DNA of 64,000 bases from NCBI GenBank assembly GCA_030390025.1, contig CM059432.1, forward strand, positions 52,392,001 through 52,456,000, written 5' to 3'. The first letter of the stretch is position 1; each line of letters starts with the position of its first letter. Source of the stretch: Squalus acanthias. Lineage: Eukaryota. Under the pieces are notes generated by a model, which was not told the DNA's origin, made no database searches, and was given only the letters and a program-made list of their open reading frames with translations. This document shows positions 49,301-62,931 of the stretch, piece after piece. Made by a program: the position numbers and the translations under genes.

Positions 49301-50324
49301 GCGCCTTTCATGACCTCAGGACGTCACAAAGCGCTTTACAGCCAATTAATTACTTTTGAAGTATAGTCACTGTTGTAATGTCATTCTTCCCAGGTATCCA
49401 TTATTCTCAATATAATTCAGCAATTGATTTGAAATAGAAACTACTGTCAGTGACAAAATAAATCCTGAACAATTCAAAAAGGATTAACAAAAATCTCAGG
49501 ATGCTGTTGAAATGACAAAAGTCTTAAAAAATGTATTTTCTATCTGAAGTTGAAAGCAAAAATTACAGTGATTCATAATATTTCAGTGGCCCAAATGAAT
49601 TGCTAACAGCTTTATCATGAGTGGGATGAGCATATGGAAAGGCCTTGGTGGAAAGTTACAAAACAGAAGCCAAGATAACATCTCTGACCACCACAAAAGG
49701 GAATGATGGCAACAATTGGTAGGATTAAAATAGATTCCAGGAGACATTTGCCTATCATTGTAATTTATTGTACTGTGTAGCAGAATGAAACCATTAGCTT
49801 GCTACCTTAATCACACTGAGCTAAAAACATGCTGGGAATGGGGCAGTGTTGAAACGACACATTTTTTGGCTTGTTGCAAGGTGTCTGGAGATGAATAAAC
49901 TCAAACATTTTAATCTGTGTTTGTAAGAATCTCAATGACCTTGGAGTTTATTTTAGGAAATGGAGAGAGGAAGAAAAAGAAAGAATAGAAAGACTTACAT
50001 TTATATAGCGCCTTTCACGACCACCGGACATCTCAAGCGCATTACAGCCAATGAAGTACTTTTGGAGTGTAGTCACTGTTGTAATGTGGGAAACGTGGGA
50101 GAGGGCAAAAAGAGGAGGAGGAGGAAGAAAATCATCTGTTATATGCATGTGCTAACCATTTTCTTTTGTAGTTTATTAATTATTAACATTTTCTTTAGAT
50201 ACATGCTTTTGTGGCATTTCCTTGTGCTGAAATTGTCACAAAATAACACAGTTAAAAAAGTTGTTAATGAAGCTCTAATAATTGTACAAAGCACTTCCTT
50301 TATAAAATGTTCTTCTGCTCCCCT

Positions 50325-50548
50325 GTTGGCTCAGTCAGCTTAGTCAGAGAGTCCAAGAGAGTGCCAGTTTCAATCCTCTCGTCTGTGCTGATTTAGTTAA
50401 CCTCAGCCAGGATATCTGTGGGTGTGCTGCAACAGGCCTCAGCACCTCTGGATTAAGGAGGGGAAAATTAAACAGAGTTTCCACTCCTGATCACCATCAA
50501 GTAACCCATGCTGAAAGTGAAGACAAGATCAGGCTCGCCTATGATATC
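50325..50548 (+). mobile_element. LF-SINE-like fragment
   Basis: TCTGTGCTGA.TTAG..AACCTCAGCC...GGAGGGGAAAA...ACTCCTGATCAC...GACAAGATCAGGCTC. Confidence 0.55.
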
Positions 50549-51318
50549 CTGAAAAATGGTGCATTATTTTCCTGGGACCTCCCCATCACCCAAATAGAAA
50601 GAGGATTTCCCAAAACACTGTTAAATGGAATTAATCTCCACAAATCTCAGTTACTGAGAATGTGCAAGATGTGCTACCTAAGACATGTAATGTACTTGCA
50701 CAAGTAACTTACAAGTATCTTTATGATGTAAGTATTTAAGCATCTACAACTGGGAAAATGCTAGAGAAAGATTATAAAATTACATGTCATAGCAGCCATA
50801 TGTAAAATGCCACTGCCACAACACATCAGTATGACTCTGGTTGTCAGCTTGCCTTCTTTGAGGAGTGGTCGTCACCTGCCATTTAATGTCAGAGACCCAT
50901 CGTTAAAAAGTTCACTTGATGGATGGTAGGCTATTCTGCACATATTTGCTCCCAAGATTGCTGTTTATTATCAAGATCTCTCACATCTTTTTTTCATTAT
51001 AGATAAAGCTACACAGGCTGATACTGTTTATTGTCCCAAGTAATATAACACCCAATGTCATTTACTCGACTAAATTAACGTTTTCATGGAGTGGAGGGCA
51101 GTGGGGGATGGGGTGTTGTGGGGGGTGGGAGCGGTGGGCTGGAATGAAGACAAAAGTGGACAGGAATTCTTCACTGGACTGTTCTTGTACACCTCCTGAT
51201 GGTTCCTCAAGGGCAACTCTGGAGGTGACCTGACAGCTTTCTGATACATAAAAGGAACAAAAGGAAAAGGGAATTAATTGAAAGGTATTCTTTTGAAAGT
51301 GACTTAGAAGGACAATAC

Positions 51319-52040
51319 AGGGCGTTAACGGGGCGCTACCGGCTTTGCGACTGGGCGTCAGTATTCTCACCGACTTCCCCTGCGGTTAGCGAACTTCCCC
51401 TGCAGGTTAGCGGCAGCTGTAAACCTTAACGCCACGATCTCCTGCGCCCCGGAGATTGTGACGTCCTCTGGTGCGCATCGCCCCGGTACCGCCCCGGATG
51501 CGAACTTGGCTTCCACCCCCTGTAGCATCGCCGGGCGTCAACACCGGCAGCTGCAGGACGCGTTGTCACCGCGGATGGCCGCTTGGGGAGCGGTATGTTA
51601 CAGCGATTGCCGGTGAGGTGGGCGAAAAATGTTTCATCAAGACTCTGTGCTTTTTTTTCTATTTTTCAGGTGTCGCGCTTAATCAGCCCTGCACTCTGTA
51701 AGAGTGCTTGGGGCTGATCGGCGCCGATCGGAGGTGCCGTCGGCGATCAGGGGATTTGTTTTCTTGCAGAGTCTGCAGCAGTGGCCCTTCCCTTTAAGGG
51801 AGGGAAGGAGCCTTCCAACGCGGCAGCGCTACACTGCCCAGTGTGCAACGCTGCGCACCTACCGCCCTGCCTGCTGCCTGTTACACTCCAGGAAGTGGAG
51901 TGCTTGATTTAGCGCTCCACTTCCTTCCTGCAGCGCAAAACCGAATTTTTTAAAAGATGAAAAGCATTAGCGCCTGGTGCTAATTTTTTCAACTTTTAAA
52001 AGTTAGCGCCCCAAACAAGACTATAATGAATTTCTCCCCC
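51319..52040 (-). mobile_element. Non-autonomous Harbinger derivative
   Basis: Ends CTATAATGAATTTCTCCCCC with GCATTAGCGCCTGGTGCTAAT, as at 41335-41410; GATTGTGACGTC motif shared with the intact family. Confidence 0.65.
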
Positions 52041-52203
52041 AATGACCCTGAATTTGTTTGGATGTTCCAGTGGACTTTTGCTGTAACTCTGGTGAGAGTC
52101 CACCAGAATGGTTGGAAACTCTGGTGGGGGGTGGGGGTGGAGGGTGGTGGTTGGCCAAGGTTGGGGCCTTTTTTCCTGAAGATCAGGGAGAAATTAAAAC
52201 ATT

Positions 52204-54340
52204 GGCCGCAAAATTGGGAGGTGTAGCGCCGGCCGTTAAGGCTGGTTTTGCTGAAAAAATGGTAGCTGCCTCGCTTCCGGCGAGGAACCGGCGGCTGCCA
52301 TTTTGGGAAGGTCGGCAGCGCTGCTGTTGCCTGTGCTCGCTGCCCACATTTAAATGATGTAAATCGTGATGTCAATCGGCGTGCAACGCCTGAATTGATG
52401 CACGATCTGTGATTTTGGACGTCGCCGCTCTTGATACCGCCCTCTCCAAACCACGCACAGAAGAACGTGCCTGCAGCAGTACAACAGAGATGCTGCCAGC
52501 GCTTCTTAAAGGGACACACACATCTTTCAGGTAAGTTTAGGTTTTTGATTCTGGACTTATTTTTTTACATTTTATTGGAGTAGTAGCTTTGTGCAATACA
52601 TTAAAAAATTTGTTGAAGTGTGCAGGGAGTGCTGCTGGACGTTTGCAAGGCTTTGGCTGTTAAAGGAAGGCCTCTGAGAAGACCTCTTGCTCCTTGTCCT
52701 GGGGGCTCTAGTTGCAGTCCCCCTTGGGCTGCAACATCATATGGAGATGAAGCAGAGGCAGCAAAGGGAACAAGCTGCTCGCAGAGGGAAGAGGAAAAGC
52801 AGAAGGATGGAGGCATCCCAGACACTCTCTTTCTGGTCGGGATATCCAGGATTGAATCATCCACCTGCGGTACCAGTGAACACAACCCCAATTCCCCTTT
52901 CAACATTTGTCCCACACCTTACCTTCCCTCTGTTACTGACCATCACAGCGTCCTCTTGGCCACAATGCTGAAATAAAAGCCACCATAAAGCAAACTTTCC
53001 AAACCAGCTTTATCCATATAAGCATCCAATATTACATCAAAAATTCAACTAATCATCCTTGTGTATTCCCTTAGTGACTATCTTACTTGTGCCTTTGCCT
53101 ATCCTAGTGATGTTACGCAGTGCTACCCCAGTGGCTGCAGCATGGCTGGTGGAAGGCTGCTGACTTTCAGTGGGGCAGACTGTAGATGGCCTTGCAACAC
53201 GCCCTCGAGGAGCTGGTGGCTGGGAGTGTGAAATCGAGTGATAGTGTTTCTTCTTCTTCTTCTTCTTTTCTTCTTCTTCTTCACTCTTCTCTCCCTCTTC
53301 TTGGTCAACCACTGGCTCGGCAGGCTGGATTTCTTGGGTGTCTGAAATGAGGAAGGCATAAGGGTAGGGTTGTGGTGATGGGAGGGGGGTAAAGCAAGAG
53401 GTGCATGCTTACACCATGTGCAACTTGTAAATCAGAAGATATTGTGGGATGAGGGGGAAGTGGAATGTGAGAAGAAGGATAACTTATAAGGATACCGGCA
53501 TCTAGTATTATTTCAGCCCTGCCGCTGGCCAAGGGCTCAGCCAGGCCCCTGCCAAGAATGGCCAGCACCGTCTCCTCCAAGGTGATGAGGTGAAGCTAGG
53601 AATGTGAGGTGTGCTTCGATTTTGGTACAGATTGTTGGTAGGTGAGTGATTGGGGGGGGGGGGGGGTCGTGCATTGAGCAGTGTTTGAGGCTAGTGGTGC
53701 AGTTGGTAGGAGACGGCTTTTGAAGATGCATTCACTGACATTGACCAGTGGTCTGAGGTCATGAAACCTCTTTGGGCACTGGAGCCAGGTCCTGGGGCCG
53801 ACGCTGCTGGCAGTGACTCCTTGGCGATCTGGTCCCACATCCTTCTTTCTGGAAAGCCTCCTGACCTCCTGTGGGTAGAGGACCTCTCTTCCAGTGTTGA
53901 CACCCTGCACAAAGCTGGAGTGCTGCGTCCGAGACCCTGGGTGTCCTTTCCTTGGCCCGTTGAACCATTTGTGTTAGTGCTGAAGCACTTTTAGCATTTT
54001 GTATGTGCAGAAGGCAGTTCAGCTTTCAGAGCGGCAGACTGCCTAGTGTCGAAGGATTTTTTTTGCAGAAGGCAGTTCAGCTTTAAGAGCTAGAGACTGC
54101 CTTGAAAAGGAACAGGCTAGCTTTAAGTAAAGCCAGCCTCGTTTTAGTGATGCGAGCTTGGGCCCCTGCTACGTGCACAGCCTGTCAGCAGTATGTTAGC
54201 CGCTAGGCTGTGCGCTACAATCATGATAATTAGCAGGCAGCACCAAATTGATGTGCTGGCTGTGTTTTCTGAACGGGCGTGGGCATATCTCATATTGCCG
54301 TGTCCGCACCTGTTTTCAGGCCTTATTGAATTTCACCCCC
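52204..54340 (-). mobile_element. Non-autonomous Harbinger element, same internal family as 19619-21904
   Basis: Imperfect TIRs, TSD ATT on both sides. Reverse complement of 52500-53990 is colinear with 20070-21600 (MVQRAKERTPRVSDAALQ vs MAQQAREGAPRVSHTALQ). Confidence 0.8.
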
Positions 54341-54988
54341 ATTTTCTTTTGAAGCTTGACCACAATCTACCACTTTCTCGGGGGTGGGGAGGAGGGGGGA
54401 AGGGGGAGTGGAGCCTGGCACCTCACTGGGCTGGCGATCTTCTGCCTGCATTTCTGGGGTGTTTGGTTGGGAGGGGTGAGGCTGTAGATGTGCCCCCACA
54501 CCTGCTGAATGCCTGCTCCTGCAAACTTCTCCCCCTGGAAATGCAAACTTCGGTGCGGTCACTGGCAGAGTTCCATGGTGGGTGTAATCCCAGTGTTACT
54601 TCTAGGAACATGCCCCTGTAAATTTTTGGGTTCTACATAGGCACATCTGCTCCTCATGGCTGCACAGGAATGTTACAACATTTTTTTAAAGTAACCTATT
54701 GGTGGTTAGATATCTTTCTGGCATTGGCCACAGGACATTGGTTTCTGAAATCCCGATCGGCCTCCTCTCCCCGTTAACACTCCACCTGGGCCTTACCTTC
54801 AGGCCATTGTTGGCGAGGCCAAAATGAGCAAGCTGCCTGTGGAGGCGCAACAGGCACCAGTAATGAGGCGATGCCCAATTTTGGGCCAGCCTTGGGCCTC
54901 CCGGTTGGGGCATGCGCTCGCTGCATGATTCCCATTTCAGGACCGAAAACCGGACTAAAAAAATTTCCACCCCATTTCACCCACTGGT

Positions 54989-56040
54989 TCATAAGAACAT
55001 AAGAAATAGGAGCAGGAATAGGCCACTTGGCCCCTCGAGCCTGCTCCGCCATTCAATAAGATCATGGCTGATCTTGGGCTCAAAGCCACATCCCTGCCCG
55101 CTCCCCATAACCCTTCACTCCCTTATCTTGCAAAAATCTGTCTATCTCCACCTTAAATGTATTTAATGACCCAGCCTCCACAGCTCTCTGGGGCAGAGAA
55201 TTCCACAGATTTACGACTCTCTGAGAGAAGAAATTCCTCTTCATCTCAGTTCTAAAAGGGCGACCCTTTATTCTGAAATTATGCCCCCGAGTTCTAGATT
55301 TCCCCACGAGGGGAAACACCCTCTCTGCATCTACCTTGTTGAGCCCCCTCAGTATCTTATATGTTTCAATTCTTCTAAATTCCAATGAGTGTAGGCCCAG
55401 CCTGCTCAACCTTTCTTCATAAGTCAACCCCCTCATCCCAGGAATCAACCGTGCGAATCGTCTCTGAACTGCCTCCAATGCAAGTATATCCTTCCTTAAA
55501 TAAGGGAGACCAAAACTGTATGCAGTGCTCAAGGTGTGGTCTCACCAATACCCTGTACAGTTGTAGCAGGACTTCCCTGCTTTTATACTCCAAACCACTT
55601 TGAAATAAAGGCCAACATTCCATTTGCCTTTTTCATTACTTGCTGCACCTGCATGCTAACTTTTTGTGTTTCATGCACAAGGACCCCCAGGTCCCTCTGA
55701 ACTGTAGCATTTTGTAATCTCTCTCCATTTAAATAATAATTTGCTTTTTTATTTTTCAAGTGGATAACCTCACACTTTCCCACATTATACTCCATCTGCC
55801 AAATGTTTGCCCACTCACTTAGCCTGTCAATATCCCTTTGCAGGTTCTGAGTCCTCTGCACAACTTGCTTTCCCACCCATCTTTGTATCATCTGCAAACT
55901 TGGCTACGTTACACTCGGTCCCTTCATCCAAGTCATTAATGTAGATTGTAAATAGTTGAGGCCCCAGCACCGATCCTTGTGGCACCCCACTAGTTACCGT
56001 TTGCCAACCGGAAAATTACCCATTTATCCCGACTCTCTGC
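54989..56040 (-). mobile_element. CR1 LINE 3' fragment (RT C-terminal half to tail)
   Basis: [33 protein letters not shown] and RTRGHNF peptides; TTCTTATG tail. Confidence 0.9.
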
Positions 56041-58289
56041 TTTAATGTTCTGGTTCAGATCTTTCTCTTTCAGGCTGGTACCTCCCTTACAGTGGATGCT
56101 GGGGAATATTCAAGATGGTTTTTAATTTCTCTTAAATTGTTGTGGGTTTTTCTTTTATAATTTTGGGTGCTTTTCCATTTTTCATTGCTTTTTGTGTTAT
56201 TATACTTGTTGTTTTTAGAGTGCCAAATATAAGGCCTTGATTCATGGAGAAAAAGTCATCAGTGAGTTGTAGCATCTGTGTACACCATCAGCTAAATGCA
56301 AATGCTGCCAGCCTTTTCCAAACTATTAAAATGTGAAGGGGGCCAGTTGCTTCAGTCTGTCAATGAATAAGATGCTAAGGAAAAAAACACTGAAAAGGAC
56401 ACAGGGTTCTCATTTTCAGAAACGAACAGTAACATAGATTACAAAAACAAATGGAATAACTTTATGAATTTACACTCTCAGCACTGTTGGGAGCACAAAT
56501 TGATAAAAGTTTCCTCTATTATTTTTAGAGAGAGAGACAAAAATGAATAGATTGCATTTATTTTTTATCAGTATAATGGTGGTTGGAATAAATGAAACAT
56601 GACAGACCTGTCAAGGATTCAGACTTCAAAAATCCTGAACATTTTATAACTCTTCCTTCAAGAGCCGCCCCTGAAGTTAACACATTTTTGCTTTTTGGAA
56701 GTACTAAAAATGTATCTCCTGGACTGCAGTACCTCTGTTGGTGCTCACAGACACAGCACCCTTGTAGTTCTCTCAGATCCAAGACCCCCACCCCATTCCC
56801 TTCTCTCCTGGTCTGAATCCCCCGCCTCAGACCCCCAAGTTTCTCTTTCAGCCGCATATGTTACAGCTGCTCTCAGACATCTTCTCACCCGATCTAACTC
56901 TCTGGTAACTATCTCTTACCTGTACATACTTGCTGCATACCCTAGGCTTAACAAAGATGAGCTAGAAGTTGACTATGTCAATAATGGGACATTTGTGAGA
57001 TCCACCCAGAAGAAATGTAAGACATACCGGAGAGAGAAAAAAAGTGACAGGGAAGTAAAGACTTACAGAAGGAGAACAAGAACTGGACACAGAGTATAAC
57101 CAGAATATAATGAGAAAAGTGTGAAAGCAATACAGGGAGAGGGGTGCAAAAACAATTAAAGAGTAGAAGAGAAATGGAGACACAGAGTTACAAGAAGAGA
57201 TAGAATTACTTTTGATCGCTGAGTAACAGCACAAGATATCAACTGGTCTGTTCATAATATATTAATATGCACGTCACATCATGCCTACTACTAATTTTCA
57301 ATATTTTTCAAACCATTTGTTCTGGAAGCATATAAGTCCCGACAAACTTCAGCAAAAAGCTGGACTTTGGGCAAGTTAGAGTAGATTGATGAGCCCTGAG
57401 ATTTCTGTGATTGCCGCTAAACTGACTTTTTGTACTTGTTATCTAGGTAATGCTTACAATGCAGGGGCTTTATAGAGCACTTTTAAGCAATCAGTCAACA
57501 TCTTCAGGACAGGAGGCAATGGGAAAAATTGGCAGAGAAAATTGCTGAGGAAAAGATATGTTATTCCTTTGCTTGAATGAGTACAGCTCCCTTCATGCTG
57601 CTTGGTGGCAACTGTGATGTAAACAAATCTTACCTCCTAACCTGAACAGATACATTTCTGAGTAATCACTGGCAAAGCAAAGGAAAATTGTAGCAGTATA
57701 GTTCTCAAAAGAAATCAGTGTGCTTGTGTGCTACAGATTAGATTTGCTAAGAGATGTAACTTTAAGTAGGTGCTGGCATGCTGATTATGTTTCAGCAGTC
57801 TGTCCAGCTTTCCTTCAGAGTATGGGTGCTGCTGACTCGTTTGCTACTCAAGCAACATTAACTCAAAGGTCAGATGGGAGACGTTTCAAATTAACACTGG
57901 TGAGCCCTTACAGGTACATATATCTTCCACTGGACTTGGGCTCTCTTTCTAAATACCCTAACCTATTGCAGCCTACATTTTTTTCTTCTTTCATTCCTTT
58001 CTTCATTGTTTTTCTTTCTTCCCTTCCCTCCTTTTTTTCCCTGCACTTCTTTCATTTGTTTTTGCATGCAAGAATGACATCTGTTGAACAGGGAGCGCTT
58101 TCAAGGTGTGGGATCTATGGAGCTTAAAAGAAAGAATAGAAATTGGGGTATGTACCACTTTTGAGATATTCTGTTAGTTGCTTGTCAGCTTATGAGTAAA
58201 TTTTTGACTTTACCACATGGGCGCTAATCTGATAGGGAGGATCACCCGCCCATTATAGAACCGGCCCGATTTTAATTCCATTAATAGTA

Positions 58290-58800
58290 TGAACAATCTA
58301 CAGCATCCATTTCAGCAGCTTGCAAGGTAACTTTGACAGAACCTCCCAGCTATACTTGTAGTGGAGACCTCAGTTATACAGGGCATAAGAACAGTCGTAC
58401 CATCTCTCATGAATGATGTCAGTGCTGCCGTAGGGTCTAGGGTCCACACTCCAAGATGCAGTCATGATCGGCTTCAACTCATTTGGAGGTTGGTTACCAG
58501 CAACCTTGAAGAAGGGATTCCAACACTTCATAAATGCCCAGTGTTTTGTTCTCAGATAGATCAGTGAGGTGATAGATCTCATGAGGCATATGTGGAGTAG
58601 TGCAGAAGCAACCATTTGCAACTTATTTCAGTAGCAGTGACATGACAATTGGTGCAATGCGTCCACAGCAGATCCAGCAGAGAAGACTCCTAGCACTGGA
58701 CACACTATCAGAGATTGTCATGGATACAGGTAGCAGGCCTTCATTTCCCCTGTAGCCTGTCAGTGCTACTGCGCCAACTACCGGAGCAAATAGGAGTGGA
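58290..58800 (-). pseudogene. Highly decayed Harbinger transposase remnant
   Basis: Minus-strand fragments resembling the LNVQLV.....I.SV..R..GS..D.FI region; many frameshifts. Confidence 0.4.
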
Positions 58801-58841
58801 GCACATACACAACTAGCACAAAGAACCACTCAGCACCAGCA

Positions 58842-59122
58842 AACAACAACCACAACAACTTGTGTTTATATCACGCCTTTAACGTAGTAAAATGTCCCAA
58901 GGCGCTGCACAGGAGTGTTATAAGACAAAAAATTTGACACCGAGCCACATAAGGAGAAATTAGGGCAGGTGACCAAAAGCTTGGTCAAAGAGGTAGGTTT
59001 TAAGGAGTGTCTTAAAGGAGGAAAGTGAGGTAGCGAGGCGGAGAGGTTTAGGCAGGGAATTCCAGAGCTTAGGGCCTAGGCAACAGAAGGCACGGCCACC
59101 AATGGTTGAGCGATTATAATCA
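58842..59122 (-). mobile_element. L2 LINE 3' end
   Basis: Near reverse complement of 45180-45455. Confidence 0.9.
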
Positions 59123-61424
59123 CGTTAAGCATGTACATCGTTATCACTGCACAACCGGATTAAATTAATTCACTTTTATTATATTTGTAATCTGTGTTTC
59201 GTTCATTATGCAGAAAAGAAAGCATCAGCTGTCTGAGGGGCAAACAAACAAAGAAAGTGTTCGACTCCTGAGATGCCTCATTTGGTTACCTAGAAAGTCC
59301 TGTGGCATTAAAGTTAAAGGTAGTGTTGACTTTCGCTATCATTGCTTGTATATTGGGGACAGCTGACTGTCTCTGCAGATCTATGTGGCCCAGATATCAG
59401 ACTCTCACAGCTTCACTAATGAACCTGGGACTCCTCATGAACTGTTCCTTTTCCATTTTCTGTTGCGGTAGACATGCAAAACAGAGAATGGTGTGGTACT
59501 CAATTTATCTGATGTGTGTTGAAAATTATAAGGCTCAGGAGTGATATAAAAAAAAACCCTCAGGAGACAGTGGAATAGTGGGATAAACAGCTTCTCCATA
59601 ATGCATCCTTTTCCTGTACCAGATGCATACACATAAAACCAGCTACATCCAATTATTATATTCAAGACAAGATTGCAACACTTTGCAAAAAATCTTCAGT
59701 TATTGTCCCGTCCTGTCATATGATTTTGAAAGAGGAGAGAACTTAGAATAATGCTTGTATAATCCCATTTCCTTCCAAATAAAAAACATTGTGGTATTTG
59801 CAAAAGATAGAAACTCACTGCCCCAATGGTTCAAAAGGTAAATGCACTGCCCACTGTGCTAAAAGAAAAGAGAGAATTTGCATTTCTATCATGATCATAT
59901 TATGTCCTTCGGATGTTCCAAAGTGTTTCACAGTCAATGTTGTTGTTATGGTAGAGTTGATTTCAGGAAATAGGCACAAGTGAGGTTGCTAGATTATTGT
60001 GTAACCAGTCACTTTACTAAATTGCTTATTGATATTTTCTGCAGCTTTGATAAACAACAGATCCTAGCATACATATATTGTACTATTATTTTAATATATA
60101 CAGTCCTGCTTTTTATACTTAAAAAGCACTAGAAAGTTTAGCTTTCTAATTTTAAGGATTGACATGCTTAAAAAATAAGTCTGTTATCTTTAGAAAAGGG
60201 ACTAATCTATAGTTAACATTATAGACCTCCCCAATCCCTCTCTCTGCTAACTATAGTTCAGTAAATTCCTTGCAAAACTCCAGTTGTCACTTTCTTGTTT
60301 CCATTTGCACCACTGTCATTCTTTGTGTCTGCAAATAAACATTCCATAGTTAATACATGCTATCACCATGCAGAAGTAGTAAAAAGATTAAAAGATGAAT
60401 GGACCGTACATGTTCATTCTACTGTGCAGTGGATTTGCCAAATAAGTGGGTGGGTATGAACGGCAGATGGGGTAAGCCTGTGTACACAAAACACATATGT
60501 GATGATGAAGCAACTCTCATTAGCAAAGGTAGAAAGGGAAAAAGATTTTAGTGCGATTACAGTCCATTCATTAAAAGGATCCAATCAATGTAAAACTCCT
60601 ATCTGTGATCCTGATCATATTGGTATGCATCTTGAAGACATTTGATTATAAGTCAAGATAAATTGTTTTAAATTGTATTAATTATTGGAGAGGCCAAATG
60701 TAGAATTTTGCGTGCAGTTTTGGGTACCCTATCTTCAAAAAATTATTTTCTAGAAAGGATTCAGAGGACAGCAACAAAGGTAAATCCTAGTCTTAGATTA
60801 AGTTATGAAAAAGGCAAACAGTTCCAGGGTTTTAAAATATTGAGAAGAATGGAAAATGTATTTCCGAGCAGTTGATTTAACTTGGTCGAGAAAAAACATT
60901 CACAAACTTCAAGCAAGACGTGAGATTGAAAAGATCCTTCACAAATAGAATGGTGGCTATGCAGAATGGGTTCCAAGTTATTGGTGTGCCAATTAATACC
61001 TTTAAAAAAGAGCTGGATAAATAGATTCTTGGGAATTGGATTGAGTGTTATAGGGTTAATGCTATATGGAACATAATGGTTCCTGGGCTGCTGGAAGTAT
61101 GAAAAGGCTAGACTGAGGAAAGAATTCATTTAAAGATAAAAATACATTAGATAGATTATAAAATTATTTACATTTGTGTTGGAGGGAGGAGGAACTGGGA
61201 AAAACATCACAGAACTTTTACTGAAGAGTTTGCGTAAGGTCCCTGATAAAGCAGATTGGACATGTGCTTGGTCAGTTGAACAGCCTTTTCTATTCCATAC
61301 TTTCTAACCTTCTTACCTTATTGTTCCTTTCAGTATTCCAGTTTAAAAACTAAGTGTATTTGACTCTGATGTGACAGATTCTTCACAGAATGGCATCCAT
61401 GATAAACAATCGTGCAACAAGTGA

Positions 61425-61838
61425 GTATTTCCAGCATTTTCTGTTTTTATTTCAGATTTCCAGCGCTGCAGTATTTTGCTTTTGTATTAGTGTTTAATTG
61501 ACTGTCACTTCTCTTCCAGGAATGCCCACCTTGAAAAAGTTCTGCTCTTCTCTCTGACAGGATTTCTGTTTGTCTAAATTACCTTGTTCATCTTCATTGC
61601 TTTCTGTTTCTCTTCTCGTGTTGGTTCTCCTGCCTTTCACCCTATCACAGACCTTCCCTTTTGTTCTTACCTCGCCCCCCCCACCTCTTTCCCTGCCTCT
61701 GCATTTGCTTAAAAACTGTTATATCTCTAACTTTTTTCAGTTCTGACGAAAGGTCATCGACCTGAAATGTTAACTCTGTTTATGTCTCCACAGATGCTGC
61801 CTGACCTGTTGAGTATTTCCAGCATTTTCTGTTTTTAT
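61425..61838 (+). mobile_element. Non-autonomous Penelope-derived or retrozyme-like unit with hammerhead
   Basis: 12-bp TSD TGCAACAAGTGA (61413-61424 and 61839-61850); ~30-bp terminal direct repeat with 388-bp period; hammerhead at 61739-61775; no ORF. Confidence 0.8.
61739..61775 (+). ncRNA. Minimal type I hammerhead ribozyme (stem III C>T mutated)
   Basis: AGUU-CUGACGA-A-AGGUC-AUC-GACCU-GAAA-UGUU-AACU. The related copy at ~21345 keeps GAAACGTTAACT (palindromic AACGUU stem III). Confidence 0.72.
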
Positions 61839-62325
61839 TGCAACAAGTGACTCTGGTAATAATCTGAATGGTTGGGCAAATGTTGAGTTCATTACCCATT
61901 CAGAGTGAGCTGCAAACACTTGTGCCCACCCAGGGTGACAAGAAAATAAGAGCGTGCTGTGAACTTTCAAAAAAGAATTGATGAGATATAAGTTGGATTA
62001 TCAAACAAAAATGCATGGCGATCTGTTGAAAAGAATAAGACTTCAGATAAAAGTAAACAATAAACAAGATGACTACAGGCCATATCCTTTGTAATTTTAG
62101 CTGTGGTATAAACAGAATGCATGGTGAGCAAGACTGGGATGTACAAATACTCCTGATACCTAATGGTGAGTTATGAAGTCACCTTCAGCTGTGGGATGAA
62201 CTGTGTATATTCCAGTCCTTCTCATTGGACTTCCTCTATATAGAAAAATACATAACATAAATAAACAAAAAAGGACAGGTAAAAACCAACAGGCCCATCA
62301 ACCTGTCCTATCCTGGCATGGTACT

Positions 62326-62700
62326 TTACTACTACTACTCGTATGATGGGAAAAGCTTATAATGGGATGACTAGTTTGGCTATCCATTCGATGGCCTCCT
62401 GAGATGCCGAGTGGAGAAATTTGGTGTCTTCCGCAACAGATCTCAGTGGGCAGGTTGATATGATATGTTCTATGGTCTGGGACTCAGGGCCACAGTCGCA
62501 GTTTGGGTCATCCCTCAACTTCCACTTGTGGAGCAGGTGGCCACGTCGTCCATGTCCTGTGCGGATTTGGTTGAGTGCTGTCCACTGTCTTCGAGGGAGG
62601 TCGAAACCAGGGACCTCTGCTGTTGGGTCAGTGATGAGGTGTTGGTTCTTTAATGTTGCATGTGTCCCACGATTCCGTCGATCTGGATAATGAATTGATA
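62326..62700 (-). mobile_element. Vingi/Ingi-like non-LTR retrotransposon 3' end
   Basis: GFDLPRRQWTALNQIRTGHG...KW..RDDPNCDCG..QTIEHII..CP C-terminal motif; short (TAG)n tail on the - strand. Confidence 0.7.
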
Positions 62701-62931
62701 CCAGCTGCATAAATATTGGCTGTTGTTTCCCAGAATGGCCGGTGCTTTTGTGATGGGTTTTCAACTCATTAAAATACTCTCGCCGATAGCAGGCAACGGC
62801 AGCGCTGCTGACCTGCCGAAAATGGCGGCCGCCGCAGGACCTGTCACCAGCTGGCAGAAGAGCGCCAGCCGCCATTCTTTCGGCATTTCATGGCGCTAAC
62901 AAGTGGCGCAAACCACCCAAATATCTAGGCC
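62700..62931 (+). mobile_element. Harbinger MITE right-end fragment
   Basis: Ends AATATCTAGGCC; CAGCGCTG..AAAATGGCGGCCGCC segment like 21770-21904 and 13200-13290. Confidence 0.55.

Noticed and set aside
57822..57899. Possible first coding exon (ATG...CTG/GTGAG)
   Set aside because: Short, no recognisable protein and no downstream exon found; could be chance.
59302..59544. Signal-peptide-like 80-aa ORF
   Set aside because: GTG start, no recognisable family, no supporting exon structure.
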